Shown: positions 36,145 through 48,903, counted from the first letter of the whole stretch. The stretch is DNA of 63,993 bases, filler included, from Diploschistes diacapsis (GCA_023645945.1; 4 parts of 4 records of this genome joined end to end with filler, not necessarily neighbours in it); one strand, 5' to 3'. The notes: generated by a model from the sequence alone, not told the origin. Translations and numbers: made by a program.

Positions 36145-37215
36145 GTTGTCCGAGGTCGAGCCTACTCTTTGTCTCGGGAGACCTCGTAGTAGAGGGCTGT
36201 CTCAAACCTGGTGTGCGATAACGATCCGAGATGTTCTTGACTCAAAGGCGAGCTGACCTCCTGCGGCGTGCTAGCTTGACAGATTATAGGCAATGTCACC
36301 GCAGGAGGCCGAACTGAGAGATGCAGAAACAATCGTCCACCATAGTCTTCTCAAAGATAGAGAAAACGTGAATTAGGTGGATGTGATTAAGCAATGGCTC
36401 GCTGGAAAATGGCGATGTTGTACGTGTATTTGGTGATGTGAGAGAGCCGAGTGAAATCAATACATCGGGTGCTTTCCGACAATCTGGCGTTGCATAAGGG
36501 CCGAGGAATTCAAGATTAGTCCACAAGCCCATAGTCACAGACAGACTTTCTCATTAGACAGCGAGCTGCGTTTCGACATCCTCTGCGTGCTGTTAGTCGG
36601 TCGTGGTGGTCAGTCGATGTCAGAGTGAGACGGGTTAAAATGAAACAACCCCATCCCACCCGTGTCCACGCCTCCTAACCGTCCACACTTACCCAACTCT
36701 CCCAACGTGGCTTCTAACAGACTCTATGAATTGAACGAAACATCGAAGGTTATGCAGGGCACAATGAAGAGGTAAATGCTATGAGCTTTACCTATGCATA
36801 TGACCGTGTACGCGTATGATTGAGGCTGGGCAATTAGGGCAAACAGCGCGGCTTGCAAGGGTCAGTATGGTTCTCCTACGTCGCCTGCGAGTAATGGTCA
36901 AATTCTTCACGCCGGCATTCCGTTTATGCCAAAATAGCTATAATGCGCAAAAAGGTTGATGTCAATATAATGGTAGTGTTAATTTATCATTAAATTATGT
37001 AGTATAGTATGCCTAAAATCTAGTGTCTGCACAAAAGCCCCAGCAAGCCCAAGTGACTGTGACAGCCGCGCACTTCTGTTGATCAAATATGCAGGTGTCA
37101 TCATTACTTGGCAATGCAAACAACGCTGCTAAGTCATTTCAAGGGTATCTCCAACAAGCCAACGAGTATCGACAATCTTTGAACAGGTGTAAGACAACGG
37201 CTATGCTGAGATTCT

Positions 37216-37798
37216 TTACAAGAAAACAGCAAAAAGGGCACCAGCGATACCGAGGCCTGCAACTGGCTTGAGGAAAGGAGCAGCGCCAGTGCTAGAGGTA
37301 GAAGAGGAGGAGCTGGTAGCGGTGCCAGAGCCAGATCCAGACCCTGATGTGCCGGTCGGGTTAGAGGAGCCAGAGGCACCAGTGCCGGTGCCAGTGGGTG
37401 AGCCGCTGGTGAAGGTGCCGTTGCTGGAACCGGAAGAAGCAAGGGCAGTGGAGAAGCCAGAGCTAGCAGCAGAAGCTGGAACGCTAGCAAGCGCAGAGGG
37501 AACGCCAGCTGGTGTGGTGACAAGGGCTGGTTGAGAGGTCACGACAGTGGGTTGAGAGGTGATAACTGATGGCTGGCCAGTGACAACACCGAGAGAGTTG
37601 GTCAAGCTCAAGTAAGAGGTGAAGCCATTAGACTGAAATTTGTTAAGCAAGCAATCGGTAATGCTCGAAGCTGCTGAGACTCACGTAGGAAGCACTGGCA
37701 CTGGCAGCCGAAGATGCCTCTGCTTGACCGTCGGTGCTCTGGGAAACCTGGGCAATAGCCACGGCGGCAAAAGCACTGAGAATGATGGTGGAACGCAT
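37216..37798 (-). CDS. Small Ser/Thr/Gly-rich, probably GPI-anchored cell-wall protein, 2 exons
   Basis: Signal peptide MRSTIILSAFAAVAIA. Intron 37684-37633. TNSLGVVTGQP with repeated TSQP.V.T units, an S/T/G-rich stalk, and STGAA followed by hydrophobic tail VAGLGIAGALFAVFL. Confidence 0.88.
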
Positions 37799-39135
37799 TA
37801 TGATGTCGAGAAGAGGCAATTATAGAGGCGAGCGAGAATAACGGGTTCCTGAAGCAGTCTAGCGAATGTGGGAAGCGAGGTTTGAAGAAGTGAACGAAGA
37901 CCTGGAAGTATTAAAAGAGGTTCTAATGAGTAGGGAAGTACGGAAGTACTGAAGCACTGTAAACGAGAGTATATGTGCAGCTTTGAAGATGGTTGAAGAG
38001 AAAAGCAAGAGCGAGGGAAAGGCTGGGGGTGGAGCGTGTAAATAAAAGGGTGTCTGGGGCAACATCACGTGACTGCCTAGTATTCAGGCGTTGGATTTGC
38101 CCCTGAAGCTAAACAACTTTTTGAACTTTGCAGCTCTTGGCCCCAGCCAGCACCACATCCCCGTACAACGTACAACGCCATAATGATGTGCTAATTATAC
38201 TGATAATTTTGGCGAATCGAGGTTGAACCTTGGCTGGTGAATTTTTCAACACGGCCTCCCCACACTACGATTACACCTACAAAGCTACTTATTATTATAT
38301 CTTGGACATGTAGAGTTTACTATGCATCTGCCTTGATACACCTAAGCATCGAGGGTCATAAAACGGTCACTATGCTGACTAAGTGGGCTCCGTTTAGAGT
38401 CATTCCTTCCGAAAGGGCCTTGATTATTGGGAAGAGCTAAGAAAAGGGGCCTTGGGGGTCTGTAAATAAACTGCGCAACAGAAATACGAGCCTTTCTCGA
38501 CTCTCAGGTGTCTAGCATTGGCCGGCGCATGCATGTCTCGGAGATTATTTGAAAACACACGGAATAAGGGATACGAGGAAGCTTTGACGAGGGGTTTGGG
38601 CTGAGTAAATCGAAGACTCTGTTCCGTTACTCTTGTGCAAGGTACACTTCATCAGTTTTCCTAGGCTATCAATAGTCATATTCACCAAGTACCTGTTTGC
38701 TTGTCCTGGCAGCCTACAACGTGTACCACCAGTAATTACTCACTGGGTCGCTATGTGGTATGTATGTACGAAACCACGAAGCAAAAGCCTGGGTACATTT
38801 ATAATACTAATATCTCTTACTGCGTATTCTGTGATTTTGTATAGCGTTCAATCGGACCTCTATAATATACGTTATACTATCTATCCCCTTACTTGAAAAG
38901 CACATGTTCGCACATCTTAATCGCAGCTACCGATCAAAGTATCTGGTGAAAACGTGACGGCGTGAAGCAAACCATTACCCAGTAAGTTACCAACAACCGG
39001 CCTTCTCGCCTAACTCCGGTGAGCGAAACATTTTCATGTAGTTAGTCTAATTTTATATGCTCGAAGCTCCCCACCTCCCACACACAAAGCTTTCTGTGGA
39101 ATACAGTACTTTGATACACTCACAAGAAACCACCA

Positions 39136-41436
39136 ATGGCGCAGGCTGTCAAGCGTCAACGTATCTCTGAAGACGGTGACGCTGTGACCACCGCTTTAGC
39201 TGGGTTGAAAGAAGATTTCCACGAGCCGAGTAGTAGTGATTCTGTGTTCGATCCGCCAAAGGCTCACACAAAGCTTTCTAGGTCTCTGTTCGTTCGGTCT
39301 CTGCCATTGACAACTACGACGCAGAGTCTAGCTGCCCACTTTTCTCAGTCTTATCTACTAAGACATGCAACCGTTGTGGTGGATCGCGACACCCAGAAAT
39401 CCAAAGGTTACGGGTTTGTCACATTTGCAGACGCTGAAGATGCCCAGAGAGCCAGAACAGAGTTTGACGGATCTAGGATAGAGGGTAAGAGGATCAGAGT
39501 TGAAGTCGCGGAGCCACGTCATCGTGAAGTAGAGGACGAGCCTACTACCGGGTCGAAAAAAAGCCGCCCAGCGGAGGAAACACTCAGAGCCAAAGCGAAT
39601 CGCCTGAAGCAGAAGCAAGATATCCAGCCCCCTCCGAAACTCATAATCCGCAATCTTCCTTGGTCTATCAAAGATGCAGATCAGCTCGCGCTATTGTTTA
39701 GAAGCTATGGCAAAGTTAAACATGCTATTCTACCCAAACAAAAACCGGGTCTGTCGCCTGGCTTTGGATTCGTGATATTAAGAGGCCGCAAGAATGCCGA
39801 GAAGGCTCTTATAGGCGTAAATGGGAAAACCGTGGACGGGCGTACTTTGGCCGTTGATTGGGCTGTGGAGAAGGAAGCCTGGCAGCAACTGCAACGCAAT
39901 CCGGAGTCGAGTCAAGAAGTAGCTGCAAGTGGAGAAGCCGACGACCCTTACGCTGGCGACCAACTAGCTATGGCCGTGGGTGAGCCTTTACAACACACGC
40001 AAAGAAGCGAACCGCCTGCAGACAAGGAAACATCCTCTCTTGAAGATGAAAGATTCGATAGAGAGAGTGATACCGACCTTGGTTATAGCACGGCTGGCGG
40101 AGCAGAAGATCTTGATCAAACTTCCCAGAGACCAGAAGAAGATTACTCCACAACGCTGTTTGTCCGCAACTTACCATTCACTGCCACTGATGCTATTCTT
40201 TTGAATCACTTCCAGCAGTTTGGTCCTTTACGCTATGCTAGGGTCGTTATGGACCTGGATACAGAAAGATCAAAGGGTACAGGCTTTGTCTGTTTCCGCG
40301 ACTCGGAAGACGCGTTGAAATGTCTACGTCGTGCTCCCAGAACCGCACGGGCAGCACAATCAAAGGGAACGAGAACGGGTGTCAAACATTCTATTCTCGA
40401 AGATACACAGGTGGATCCTCTGGGCCACTTCACAATTGACGGTCGCGTCTTACAAGTCTCTCGTGCAGTTGATCGTGGTGAAGCACAACGTCTCACTGTT
40501 CAGGGCCAAACGGCAAGAGAAAGCAGAGATAAAGATAAAAGACGCCTGTATCTCCTAGCAGAGGGCACTGTGTCGCCCGACTCCCAGCTTTATGCTACAC
40601 TTGTCCCATCGGAGATCCGCCTTCGAGAGGAGAGCGCGAAACAGCGTCAATCAATGGTCAAGAACAACCCCTCACTGCACATGAGTTTAACAAGATTGTC
40701 TGTGCGCAATATACCTCATCACGTTACGTCAAAAGATCTGAAAGCTCTCGCGCGAGAGGCAGTTGTTGGTTTTGCCACAGACGTGAAGGAGGGCCGTCGT
40801 CAGCGACTGTCAAAGGAGGAGCTTTCGCGTGGTAGCGATGTAATGAAAGCAGTTGAACATGAGCGGAAAGCGAAAGGTCGAGGAATTGTCAAGCAGGCCC
40901 ACATTGTCTTCGAGGGAAGAGAAGGGAAGAAAGTTGGCGAAAATACAGGCGCTGGTAGGAGTCGTGGTTACGGGTTTGTCGAATATTATACACATCGCTG
41001 TGCACTGATGGGGCTGAGATGGCTCAACGGTTCTCAGGTGGCGAAAACGGCAGCACGTAGTACGGACAGTGGCACCTCTGCCAGGATGGGTGCAGAGAAG
41101 AACAAAAGACTAATTGTGGAATTTGCCATTGAGAATGCTCAAGTCGTTGCGCGCAGAGAGGCTAGAGAAGGAAAGGCTCAACGCCATTCAGGTATACACA
41201 AGCAAGGTACCAGAAGTCATGACAGTGGCAATGAAACGGGGCTTGCGATAAAGAGCACCCATGACAGGAAGCCTGAACCGAACAAGAGGAAGAGAAGCAT
41301 TGCAAGCGGTGACATGCAAGAGACCCAACCTAATGTTGAACCAAAATTGAACGACAAGAGCGAGGAAGCGGGAAACGCCAAGCGGATTCGAATCATTGCA
41401 AAAAAAAGGGCTTCACGTCGGCTTGGAAAAAAGTAA
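39136..41436 (+). CDS. NOP4: Nucleolar multi-RRM protein Nop4/RBM28 (60S biogenesis)
   Basis: Intronless 766 aa with four RRM-like repeats: LFVRSLP/SKGYGFVTF, LIIRNLPW/GFGFV, LFVRNLPF/SKGTGFVCF, LSVRNIP/SRGYGFVEY. Also DKRRLYLLAEG and RLIVEFAIENAQV. Confidence 0.93.
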   Translation: MAQAVKRQRISEDGDAVTTALAGLKEDFHEPSSSDSVFDPPKAHTKLSRSLFVRSLPLTTTTQSLAAHFSQSYLLRHATVVVDRDTQKSKGYGFVTFADAEDAQRARTEFDGSRIEGKRIRVEVAEPRHREVEDEPTTGSKKSRPAEETLRAKANRLKQKQDIQPPPKLIIRNLPWSIKDADQLALLFRSYGKVKHAILPKQKPGLSPGFGFVILRGRKNAEKALIGVNGKTVDGRTLAVDWAVEKEAWQQLQRNPESSQEVAASGEADDPYAGDQLAMAVGEPLQHTQRSEPPADKETSSLEDERFDRESDTDLGYSTAGGAEDLDQTSQRPEEDYSTTLFVRNLPFTATDAILLNHFQQFGPLRYARVVMDLDTERSKGTGFVCFRDSEDALKCLRRAPRTARAAQSKGTRTGVKHSILEDTQVDPLGHFTIDGRVLQVSRAVDRGEAQRLTVQGQTARESRDKDKRRLYLLAEGTVSPDSQLYATLVPSEIRLREESAKQRQSMVKNNPSLHMSLTRLSVRNIPHHVTSKDLKALAREAVVGFATDVKEGRRQRLSKEELSRGSDVMKAVEHERKAKGRGIVKQAHIVFEGREGKKVGENTGAGRSRGYGFVEYYTHRCALMGLRWLNGSQVAKTAARSTDSGTSARMGAEKNKRLIVEFAIENAQVVARREAREGKAQRHSGIHKQGTRSHDSGNETGLAIKSTHDRKPEPNKRKRSIASGDMQETQPNVEPKLNDKSEEAGNAKRIRIIAKKRASRRLGKK

Positions 41437-42132
41437 AAAGCAATGAATTTAGACTTACCATGAAACTTTCGCGGCCAGGAAGATCGGCTCGCAGACTGAG
41501 ATTGTTGTCCACGCCTCAGTCTTGGCCAGATCGGCTCCCACCTCTCTCGTACTCTACCTGGATATATTGTGTTACACCATTACTGCATCAACCCTGGGTC
41601 ATTTCAGAATTCATGACCAGGACAAGTGGCTTGTGACATGCCTTAGCTAGCAGGATTCCCTCCACTATCGACTTAGACGTCCAGTAATCGAGCTATGGAA
41701 TTGAGATGTTGCTCGCATGTTCCGAGATATCAAAATCTCCAGCATGCAATGCTGACTCGAAGGGGCTTAGTTCATGGATCGGGAAGTCAAGGGTGTGGTT
41801 AACGTGGGAAAATTGTTCATGTCTTCAAGATATAAGGGGGACGTGAGCCTACAATATAGAGCTGAAAAAGGGCAATCCGACTTTCATCCTGCTACCCTTC
41901 AATTCATGTGCTTGCTACCGAAGGCCTTGAAACCGATATTGGGAGTCGAGCGTGGTGCATATCCACTGATTTCACCAAGTGGTCTTGGTCTAGTTGATTT
42001 GTTGCATACCATACCACAACTGATTCTCATTCACGGGCCAGTCATTCAACGCTTCCTGGGCTTGCGACTCGCTTTTCCCACTGCTACGAAGCTCGTCTTT
42101 AAGCAACCCGTCAGTCTGAGCTCAAGCTCACT

Positions 42133-42339
42133 ATGTGCAATTTCGAGGCTACGACATTTCGCTGCGGTCACGTCGTCATACGCCGAAGTGCATGGTGTCA
42201 TCATGCTCGCAATGATCCCAATCACATTTGCTCTGGTGTGCAGGTCATGAAGAACCAATACCGCGCTGACAACGAGGACTGTAGTAGCTGCAATCAGCAT
42301 GTCAATCAAGCTATCGTCACTGGGCAACACCGGTGTTGA
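42133..42339 (+). CDS. 68-aa Cys/His-rich microprotein (conserved small fungal family, function unknown)
   Basis: MCNFEATTFRCGH...WCHHARNDPNHICSGVQV.K......DCSSC matches my recollection of a small fungal family (MC.F....F.CGH....CH.ARNDPNH.C.GV). TATAA-like elements upstream at about 41831 and 41856. Confidence 0.7.
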   Translation: MCNFEATTFRCGHVVIRRSAWCHHARNDPNHICSGVQVMKNQYRADNEDCSSCNQHVNQAIVTGQHRC

Positions 42340-45300
42340 AGTCTACGAGAAATGTCAGGACGGAGAGGGTGCTACATCAAAGCCTAACCCTCGTTTAGGA
42401 CAGTCGCTACGGATATTTGGTAGGCAGGGGTCCTCCACAAAGATGGATCGCGTTGCCGTGCTTCTTTCAAGATAGGTAACCAGGTTTGGTTGGCTCTTGG
42501 TGGGTGTGGAGTATAAAAGTGCACGTTTTCACGTTTCGGCGAGAAAGTATGGATCAACACCGATATTGTAACATTTTCGGCATCTTGGACTCTGCAAGTT
42601 GATGAATATATGCAACCACACGCACTTCGCATCTACCGTCAGCATTCAGACTCGACTTGAATTGGGGTTGACGTCGGTACCTAACGCCATTCGGAGTTCT
42701 TGGTCAAATGCCCCTGACGGCTAAACTATCTTCCTGTTACGATAATGGAAAATATGTGTTGCGGTATGAATGCGTTCATCTTTACTTTACACCTAACATG
42801 ATCACATGTTTTCCGGCGCACACGGTGTCGTATGTGTGAGCTATCGGCCCATAAGTCAAAGCAAAAACGACCAAAATATCCATTCGATATCAGCATCAGA
42901 AATCCCGTAAACAGTGACGAGTTCTTACTTCTGAACAAGCAGTCGCCAGCGGATGGACTGGATCGCTCCTTCTGCTAGTCCCCAAAGCTTTGATCAGGCG
43001 TATGCGAACGCCCCTTGCCGTGCTATAGATGTTCCTTTGGCTACTTCAGATCGTAAGCCATGAGAATATGTTGTCGATATATCAAAGTCGTGCGTAAGGC
43101 GTTAAGGAGCAGCCTGCAACACGGTTGGGCTATTGGAGCCCTCTAATTCGGATGGTTGATGCTCAACACTTCCCAAGGCTGCCATGGAAAGTCTATGTGT
43201 ACAGAATCCATGCTAAAAAGTTGCTTTGATCCTTGACGGCCTTTGATCATCTTTGACTTTTCAATTTGCTGCCTGTAGTTGACAGCTGATGCCTTTGAAT
43301 TTGAGGTCACGACTGTGGTGATGAGCTAATGCATTGTGCTGGCAGGCTAGTATCATGGTCTCGCGGTCCCCCTATGGCTTGAACGGATGTGTAGGGGTAT
43401 CAATACAGCATGGTGTAGGAGATCGACCTTCAAGCCATTCACGAATAACGGCCGTTTACACGAGCACCACAGGCAGGCATCGTCTCAAAATCCTTTGCAA
43501 CAGAGACGATGTTGTTCCTAAGGGGTCGAGCCGGAGTTTAGGCACTTGTTTGTGAGATCTGGAGCATCTGCAGGAGCGACTTAGGGTGAAAACAAAACGA
43601 CCTTGGTTATTGCATCTGATGGTGTTGTATGCTTCTCTGCGGCCAAGAATGCAGTATTCTACTTTCCCGCTATGGCCTGTTCCTCCGAGTGTTTAGTTGG
43701 GTCGATCGGTCGATGTGCTTGGAAGTGGCGGATACTCGATTGGAAGCCTCGATCTCCAGGTACTCGCTACGCAGGCTTAGAATGGCGCAGGCTTCCCAAC
43801 TATCACTAGGATGACATGTTGTTACTCTAAAGTCAGGGTTTCCATACAACCGGCGTCATAGATGCGTGAGGGGGAGTTTGTATGGGTGATTGTTTTGCGG
43901 ATGGTTGGTATGCAGCACTCCTGACATCGCTTGCGGATGCTTCGGCTCTCCAGAAGTTGAAACCAGCCGGGTCATGCCTGCCGTCGTGGTTGAAAGTCCT
44001 ACGTCGGATGTCAAATCCTAGAAGCTGCTTTGCGTTCTCGTGAACCATATCTACAGTATCTCAGAAACCGCTACGTTCAGAGCACGAACAATTGAAATGA
44101 TAATGAAAGGCCGCCTGTTTTGGAATAATATCTTGCTTTTTCCAAAGATACATAGCAGCTTCGTTTACTAGTAGCAAAAAAGAGCATTAGATCTCGGAGC
44201 CAAGAGGGAAGCGGGACGTTGGCATGAGCGGTATCCCCTGAGCCAAGTCAACGTCTGGACTGGTGATTCTAGTTTCTGATTTCCAGTTCTAGTCTCGTCA
44301 TAGGCTCGCATTGTCTATTTCAGCAAGCGCCAACGAAGAGAACCCTTTTGAGTCTGTAATGACGCGAGGTGACATTCATTATGGTTCGGTTTGAGCATGT
44401 ATCCAAAGAAATACTTTTTGGAAAGCGTTTCCAAAGCTTCATGGGTGTCTCGAAGAAATGTTCTTTTAACCATATACCAGGGACTCTCGCCTTTCCGAGA
44501 GCTAATACTTGGATCCCTGATAGATGCTGACCTCGATGCTCCTCAAGAATTTACAGATCAGGCTATCATGACTTTTCAATGGGAGGTCCCTGCTAGAGCG
44601 TTTTATCGCTAATCGAGATGGATCCCTGTCCTATTGATTCTCAGATGGTCTTAAGATGTTCACCTCTGCCCTTGGACACCAGGCTAGCTATTATCGTGTT
44701 CAGCTATCCTGAAGGCCAGGGTCAGTTCGTTATGTGCGCTTTTCCTATCGCTCTATTGAATGTCCAAGAATCAGAGCTCTTGAATTTACGTTTGCAGTGG
44801 GAAGCAGATGCCTGGTTGGAAGGACTGTTGTAAAATGCACTTGTAACCTACCAGCCCGCTTGAGTACCACATCAGAGATTCATTAAGGGCTCTCGGGGCT
44901 CTGGCTGAGCGCCACTGCACTTTTAAGTTTGAGGATTGAGGAATGCTTTGACGTGGAGCATGCTGCATGCTGCACGGAAACCCTGCAGCTTGTTGCTATT
45001 GCTTGTGAGTCCTTGAACGGGCTCCGATGCACCGTGAGACAAGCTTCAAAACCCTGTTGAGAGGCCTGTGAGTATCAGGTTCCATGGTCATCCTGGACTA
45101 CGTCCGATGTCGACATAATACGCAATTCCTACTAACTGTGGATATTTTCCTGCAAAGGCAAAAATAATTCCGAGGATCTACGTTCTAAAAGGCATCGCGC
45201 TCAACAAAGTCTCTCTCCTCTATCTGGTCCAGAAGAGGCTTTAGAAAATCCTTAAGATCGTACAGGATCTTTTATCTCATAGTACGACCGGTCGTTATCT

Positions 45301-46464
45301 CGCTTCAACTCTGAAGCACGTGCATCTTAAGCAAGAATACGCGAAGTTCATTCTATCCATCGAGGTTCAGACTTGACTTTCAGATATCAAGAGGCATCGG
45401 TTCAATCTAGCCTAGCCTCTGGGTCTTGTGTATTGTGGCTATGCTGGCCTCTCTTATCTTGTCACTGGATGTGTTGTCAACATCTGGTGGACGCCGCGAA
45501 GGCGCATGCGCGTTAGTAGCGAAGCCGGACCCCTTGCAAATATACGTCTTCTATTGTAGATTGGAATGCTCGCACCTTTTGCAAATTTTGTTATAAGGGA
45601 GTAACTGGGACCATGCAATGCACACCGATGCAGGAAGTGCTCCGTTAGCATCAAGCATGTTACGCTGCATACTCCCGACTTTGATGAAAGTGCCATGCTT
45701 ATCGACAACCTGGCTCGGCACGCCACCCAACGCTCGGTAGGCCTACGGAAGGATCGTCGTGAACTAGGAAGCAGTAGGGTCTTTAATATATGCGGACACA
45801 TTGAAGATACTTCCGGTTGCCTCCTTTACCATTTCCATCAACCTCATGTAGCAGCTCGTAGGTCACATGGGTCGGTAATTTGGCTGCGTTCCGGTTTCAA
45901 ACTCCACATGTCCTTTGAGATACCTGCTGCTGAACGGGGCATCAAGGATCGCTTGCTTTATCGGTCTGAGCGTTGACTATAAGTGGGTTCAGCTAATCTA
46001 GCGCAAGGAGTAAGATCAAAGTTCTTTCGGATACAGCAAGCCTTTTTAAAAACACAGTCGAATATACTGATCTTTTATGCCGTCCACGAGGCTTTTGATA
46101 CAGGCTTTGCTTAACATACCTCCTTTCAAGTCAAACAAGGACTAGCACGAGTCGGAGTTGATGGAGGAAGCCACAGAGCGTGCAAAGGATACGGCGCAGC
46201 TAAGAAATTTTCAAGTTCAAGTGAAGTGCCTCATTGTGCATGCTGAAACAGGTTTGAACCCCACCGGATACTTTCTCCAGTAGCAACCTTTTGGAAGCGC
46301 TCCGACATTTTGCCTAATGATACAACGGTAACGCGGAAGCTGTCCTCGGCCATCTTTGCTATCTTTTCTTCTTCCTCTGGAAGAACTCAAGTGCTGGAGT
46401 ATCTCTGTCTCGTTCTAACTGGTGCCCATAGGTCCGTGCTGGTTCTCCACTGCAAGCCAGCATC

Positions 46465-47072
46465 TCATCCCACAACCTTCCCAACGACATTATACCTCTT
46501 CGAGAAGAACACAATCCACTCCTCCAGCACTTTCTTTTCTTTGTCCCCCAAATCCTCCCATTCGGGCTTCACATCCTCAGGCTTCACGCTCGACATGGCT
46601 AGGGCGCGGGAGGCATCTTTACCGGCAAACACTTTGTTCACCGCATCGTGTCAGTAGCTAATCTAGCACTGCAGATTGGACACAAGGAGGGCCGAAAGTG
46701 AAGCTCTGGGGGAGTGTATACCTTTGTAGGGCCCCGTTGTATAAGCCTCATTGCCGGAGACATCAAAGACGTACTTCTTGATCGCGACGTAGGTTGGCTT
46801 TGAGGTGTCTTGGCCTGTAGAGGCGAAAAGCACGTAAAAGTTAGCGTACGCAACCAACCAACGTATCTAGAAAAACTGGCTTTGTGGATGATGCGCACCA
46901 TTGCATTTGCTCAGCTCCTCCACGGTGATCGGATCGTCTTTGGGCGGATCCAACTGAAGAACGCGGCATCAGCAACTCGCCCACACACCTGCAGAGAGAC
47001 TTCAGGGCGGAAACCTACCTTTACGGGCTCTTTAGGCTCGAAGTTCTTGGGCTCTGGTTCGTGATGGGCCAT
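46465..47072 (-). CDS. Cytochrome b5-like heme/steroid-binding protein (MAPR family, soluble type), 4 exons
   Basis: Spliced using introns 47018-46954, 46898-46815 and 46721-46632: MAHHEPEPKNFEPKEPVKLDPPKDDPITVEELSKCNGQDTSKPTYVAIKKYVFDVSGNEAYTTGPYKVFAGKDASRALAMSS...W..FFSKRYNVVGKV. Confidence 0.92.
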
Positions 47073-47996
47073 TCTTGTCACAGAATCAACACTTTGCTTT
47101 TCTATCTGTTTGATGGGCAGAATGCCGCTTTCTACACCACAACGCCGGATGTTGACTTTCGGCGGCACACATGACGTCTTCGAGGGGCAGACGGCTAAGC
47201 GAGGCCAATCGAGGGGGTTCGGCCAAGAGAAGGAGGAGGGGCTTGACCTAGATGGATCACGTGAGTCGGACGAGAAATGGTGGTGGCACAACAACGGGTC
47301 TGCTCCGCTTGTCATCATGACAGCTGTGCATTCCGCAGAAAGCTCATTCAATTCGCCTACCTTCTAAGCAGTCGCATTCGGTCTGGCCCCTCTTCGGCGA
47401 AGGCGAACACCCCTACAGGTTCCCGCATGCGATGCCGTCCACTCAATTTCCAGCACTCAAAGATCCGAGTTCTAAATCAAACGGAAAAAAGACCCTATGC
47501 TCTGCGCGAAGCCCGACCCCATCAGACGAGAAACACCGCCAGCAAGCCTGCAGATGCCCGTGAAGAAAATAATACGCACGGCCCTTTTTTCGAGGACCAT
47601 CACACCTGCGACTGCGCTTTGACGGCTGCTGTCTCCCCCTCAGCCTCCTGCAAGAAGCCCATGCACCGACCACGCACGAAGCGTTCCCTCCATCGCCGTC
47701 GTATCTGCCGGCTAATTCGCTACGAGCTACAGTTATTCTCTGCAGGAGATCGATCGCCAGCGTCGTCGTCGCGCCCGGGGGGTCATGATGGTTTCCATTG
47801 CTGCATTATATCCCTCCCTCCCCCCCCCTCGGACTCTTCGCGAAGTCGCAGCAGACAGACGCGGCAGGCTACATGCGGGGACCGCTACAACCCCCGTGCT
47901 GCCGCTGTCCCACTGCAGCGAGTTTTTCGTCTGCATGTGCAGCCTGTCCAGTTCGACTTCCGAGTGTGACCTGTCTAAATTTTTTTTTTTTTTTTT

Positions 47997-48096
47997 NNNN
48001 NNNNNNNNNNNNNNNNNNNNNNNNNNNNNNNNNNNNNNNNTTAATTAATTAANNNNNNNNNNNNNNNNNNNNNNNNNNNNNNNNNNNNNNNNNNNN
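47997..48096. other. Artificial contig spacer 3
   Basis: N44-TTAATTAATTAA-N44. Confidence 0.99.
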
Positions 48097-48292
48097 TGTC
48101 TGGGGGGCGGAGGAGGTGGTTTTGGCGGCGACGACGACGCGATAGCCGCCGGAGAGGGCGAGGGTGAGGGCAATCTGCCGGCCGATGCCTGCGGGCGATT
48201 GTCAATGGATGCGGGCATGCTGTTTGGAGAGGGGGCCGGGGCTTGCCGCGGGATGCGCCGATTACGAGGGCCACTGGCTGAGCGTCTGCCAT
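48097..48292 (-). CDS. 5' fragment of a short-chain dehydrogenase/reductase (HSDL2-like), cut by the contig end
   Basis: MADAQPVALVIGASRG, then a GC-AG intron (48246-48189), then IGRQIALTLALSGGYRVVVAAKT. This gives the GxxxGxG Rossmann motif and the AAKT signature. Confidence 0.85.
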
Positions 48293-48903
48293 GATGGCGA
48301 CGGCGTATCTGCGCTGAGATACTAGGCCGGAAACCAAATATATACTACTTCATAAAAATAAATTGCCGATGCTCTGAGCTATTTGCGCTCACAGTAACCC
48401 CGGGAGAGCTTCTTTCAAAAACCGGCTGGATTTCTAGAAGGGAGGGTTCAATTCATCGGATTCCCCTTTTCCTATAACTAACGTCCAGGACAAACGACTG
48501 CGTCAGTGATACCTCGGCCTACCCCATCTCGGCTCGGACAATTCTGATGAATGATCCCTGGGAATTCAATTCTTATTGAATCCTGCCGAGGGACTGGGGA
48601 CATTCGATACATGCCTATTTATAGTGGGCATACAGAGTGGATCTGTGCAGAATTCGTGTATTTACAGTTTTTGGTTCAAGTTCTCGAAAGTCCTTGTTCG
48701 GACGCGCCAAAGTCCAGTGTTCACGGCGCACCGAGCACTGATTATATACCTCTGAAGCAAAACAGATACAGTTTAAGATAATGTACGCCATCTAGACTGT
48801 ATAAAATAGATTGCTTAATGGAATGTTGCAATATCCAATTTTGCAGTTTCGTTGCATCAGCCATTGGTCGATGCAGTGCAGAAAAGTCCCGGAGTACTCC
48901 AAA

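Noticed and set aside
39024..39038. RRPE-like element (reverse TGAAAATGTTTC) upstream of NOP4
   Set aside because: Plausible for a ribosome-biogenesis gene but an imperfect short match that needs cross-species conservation.
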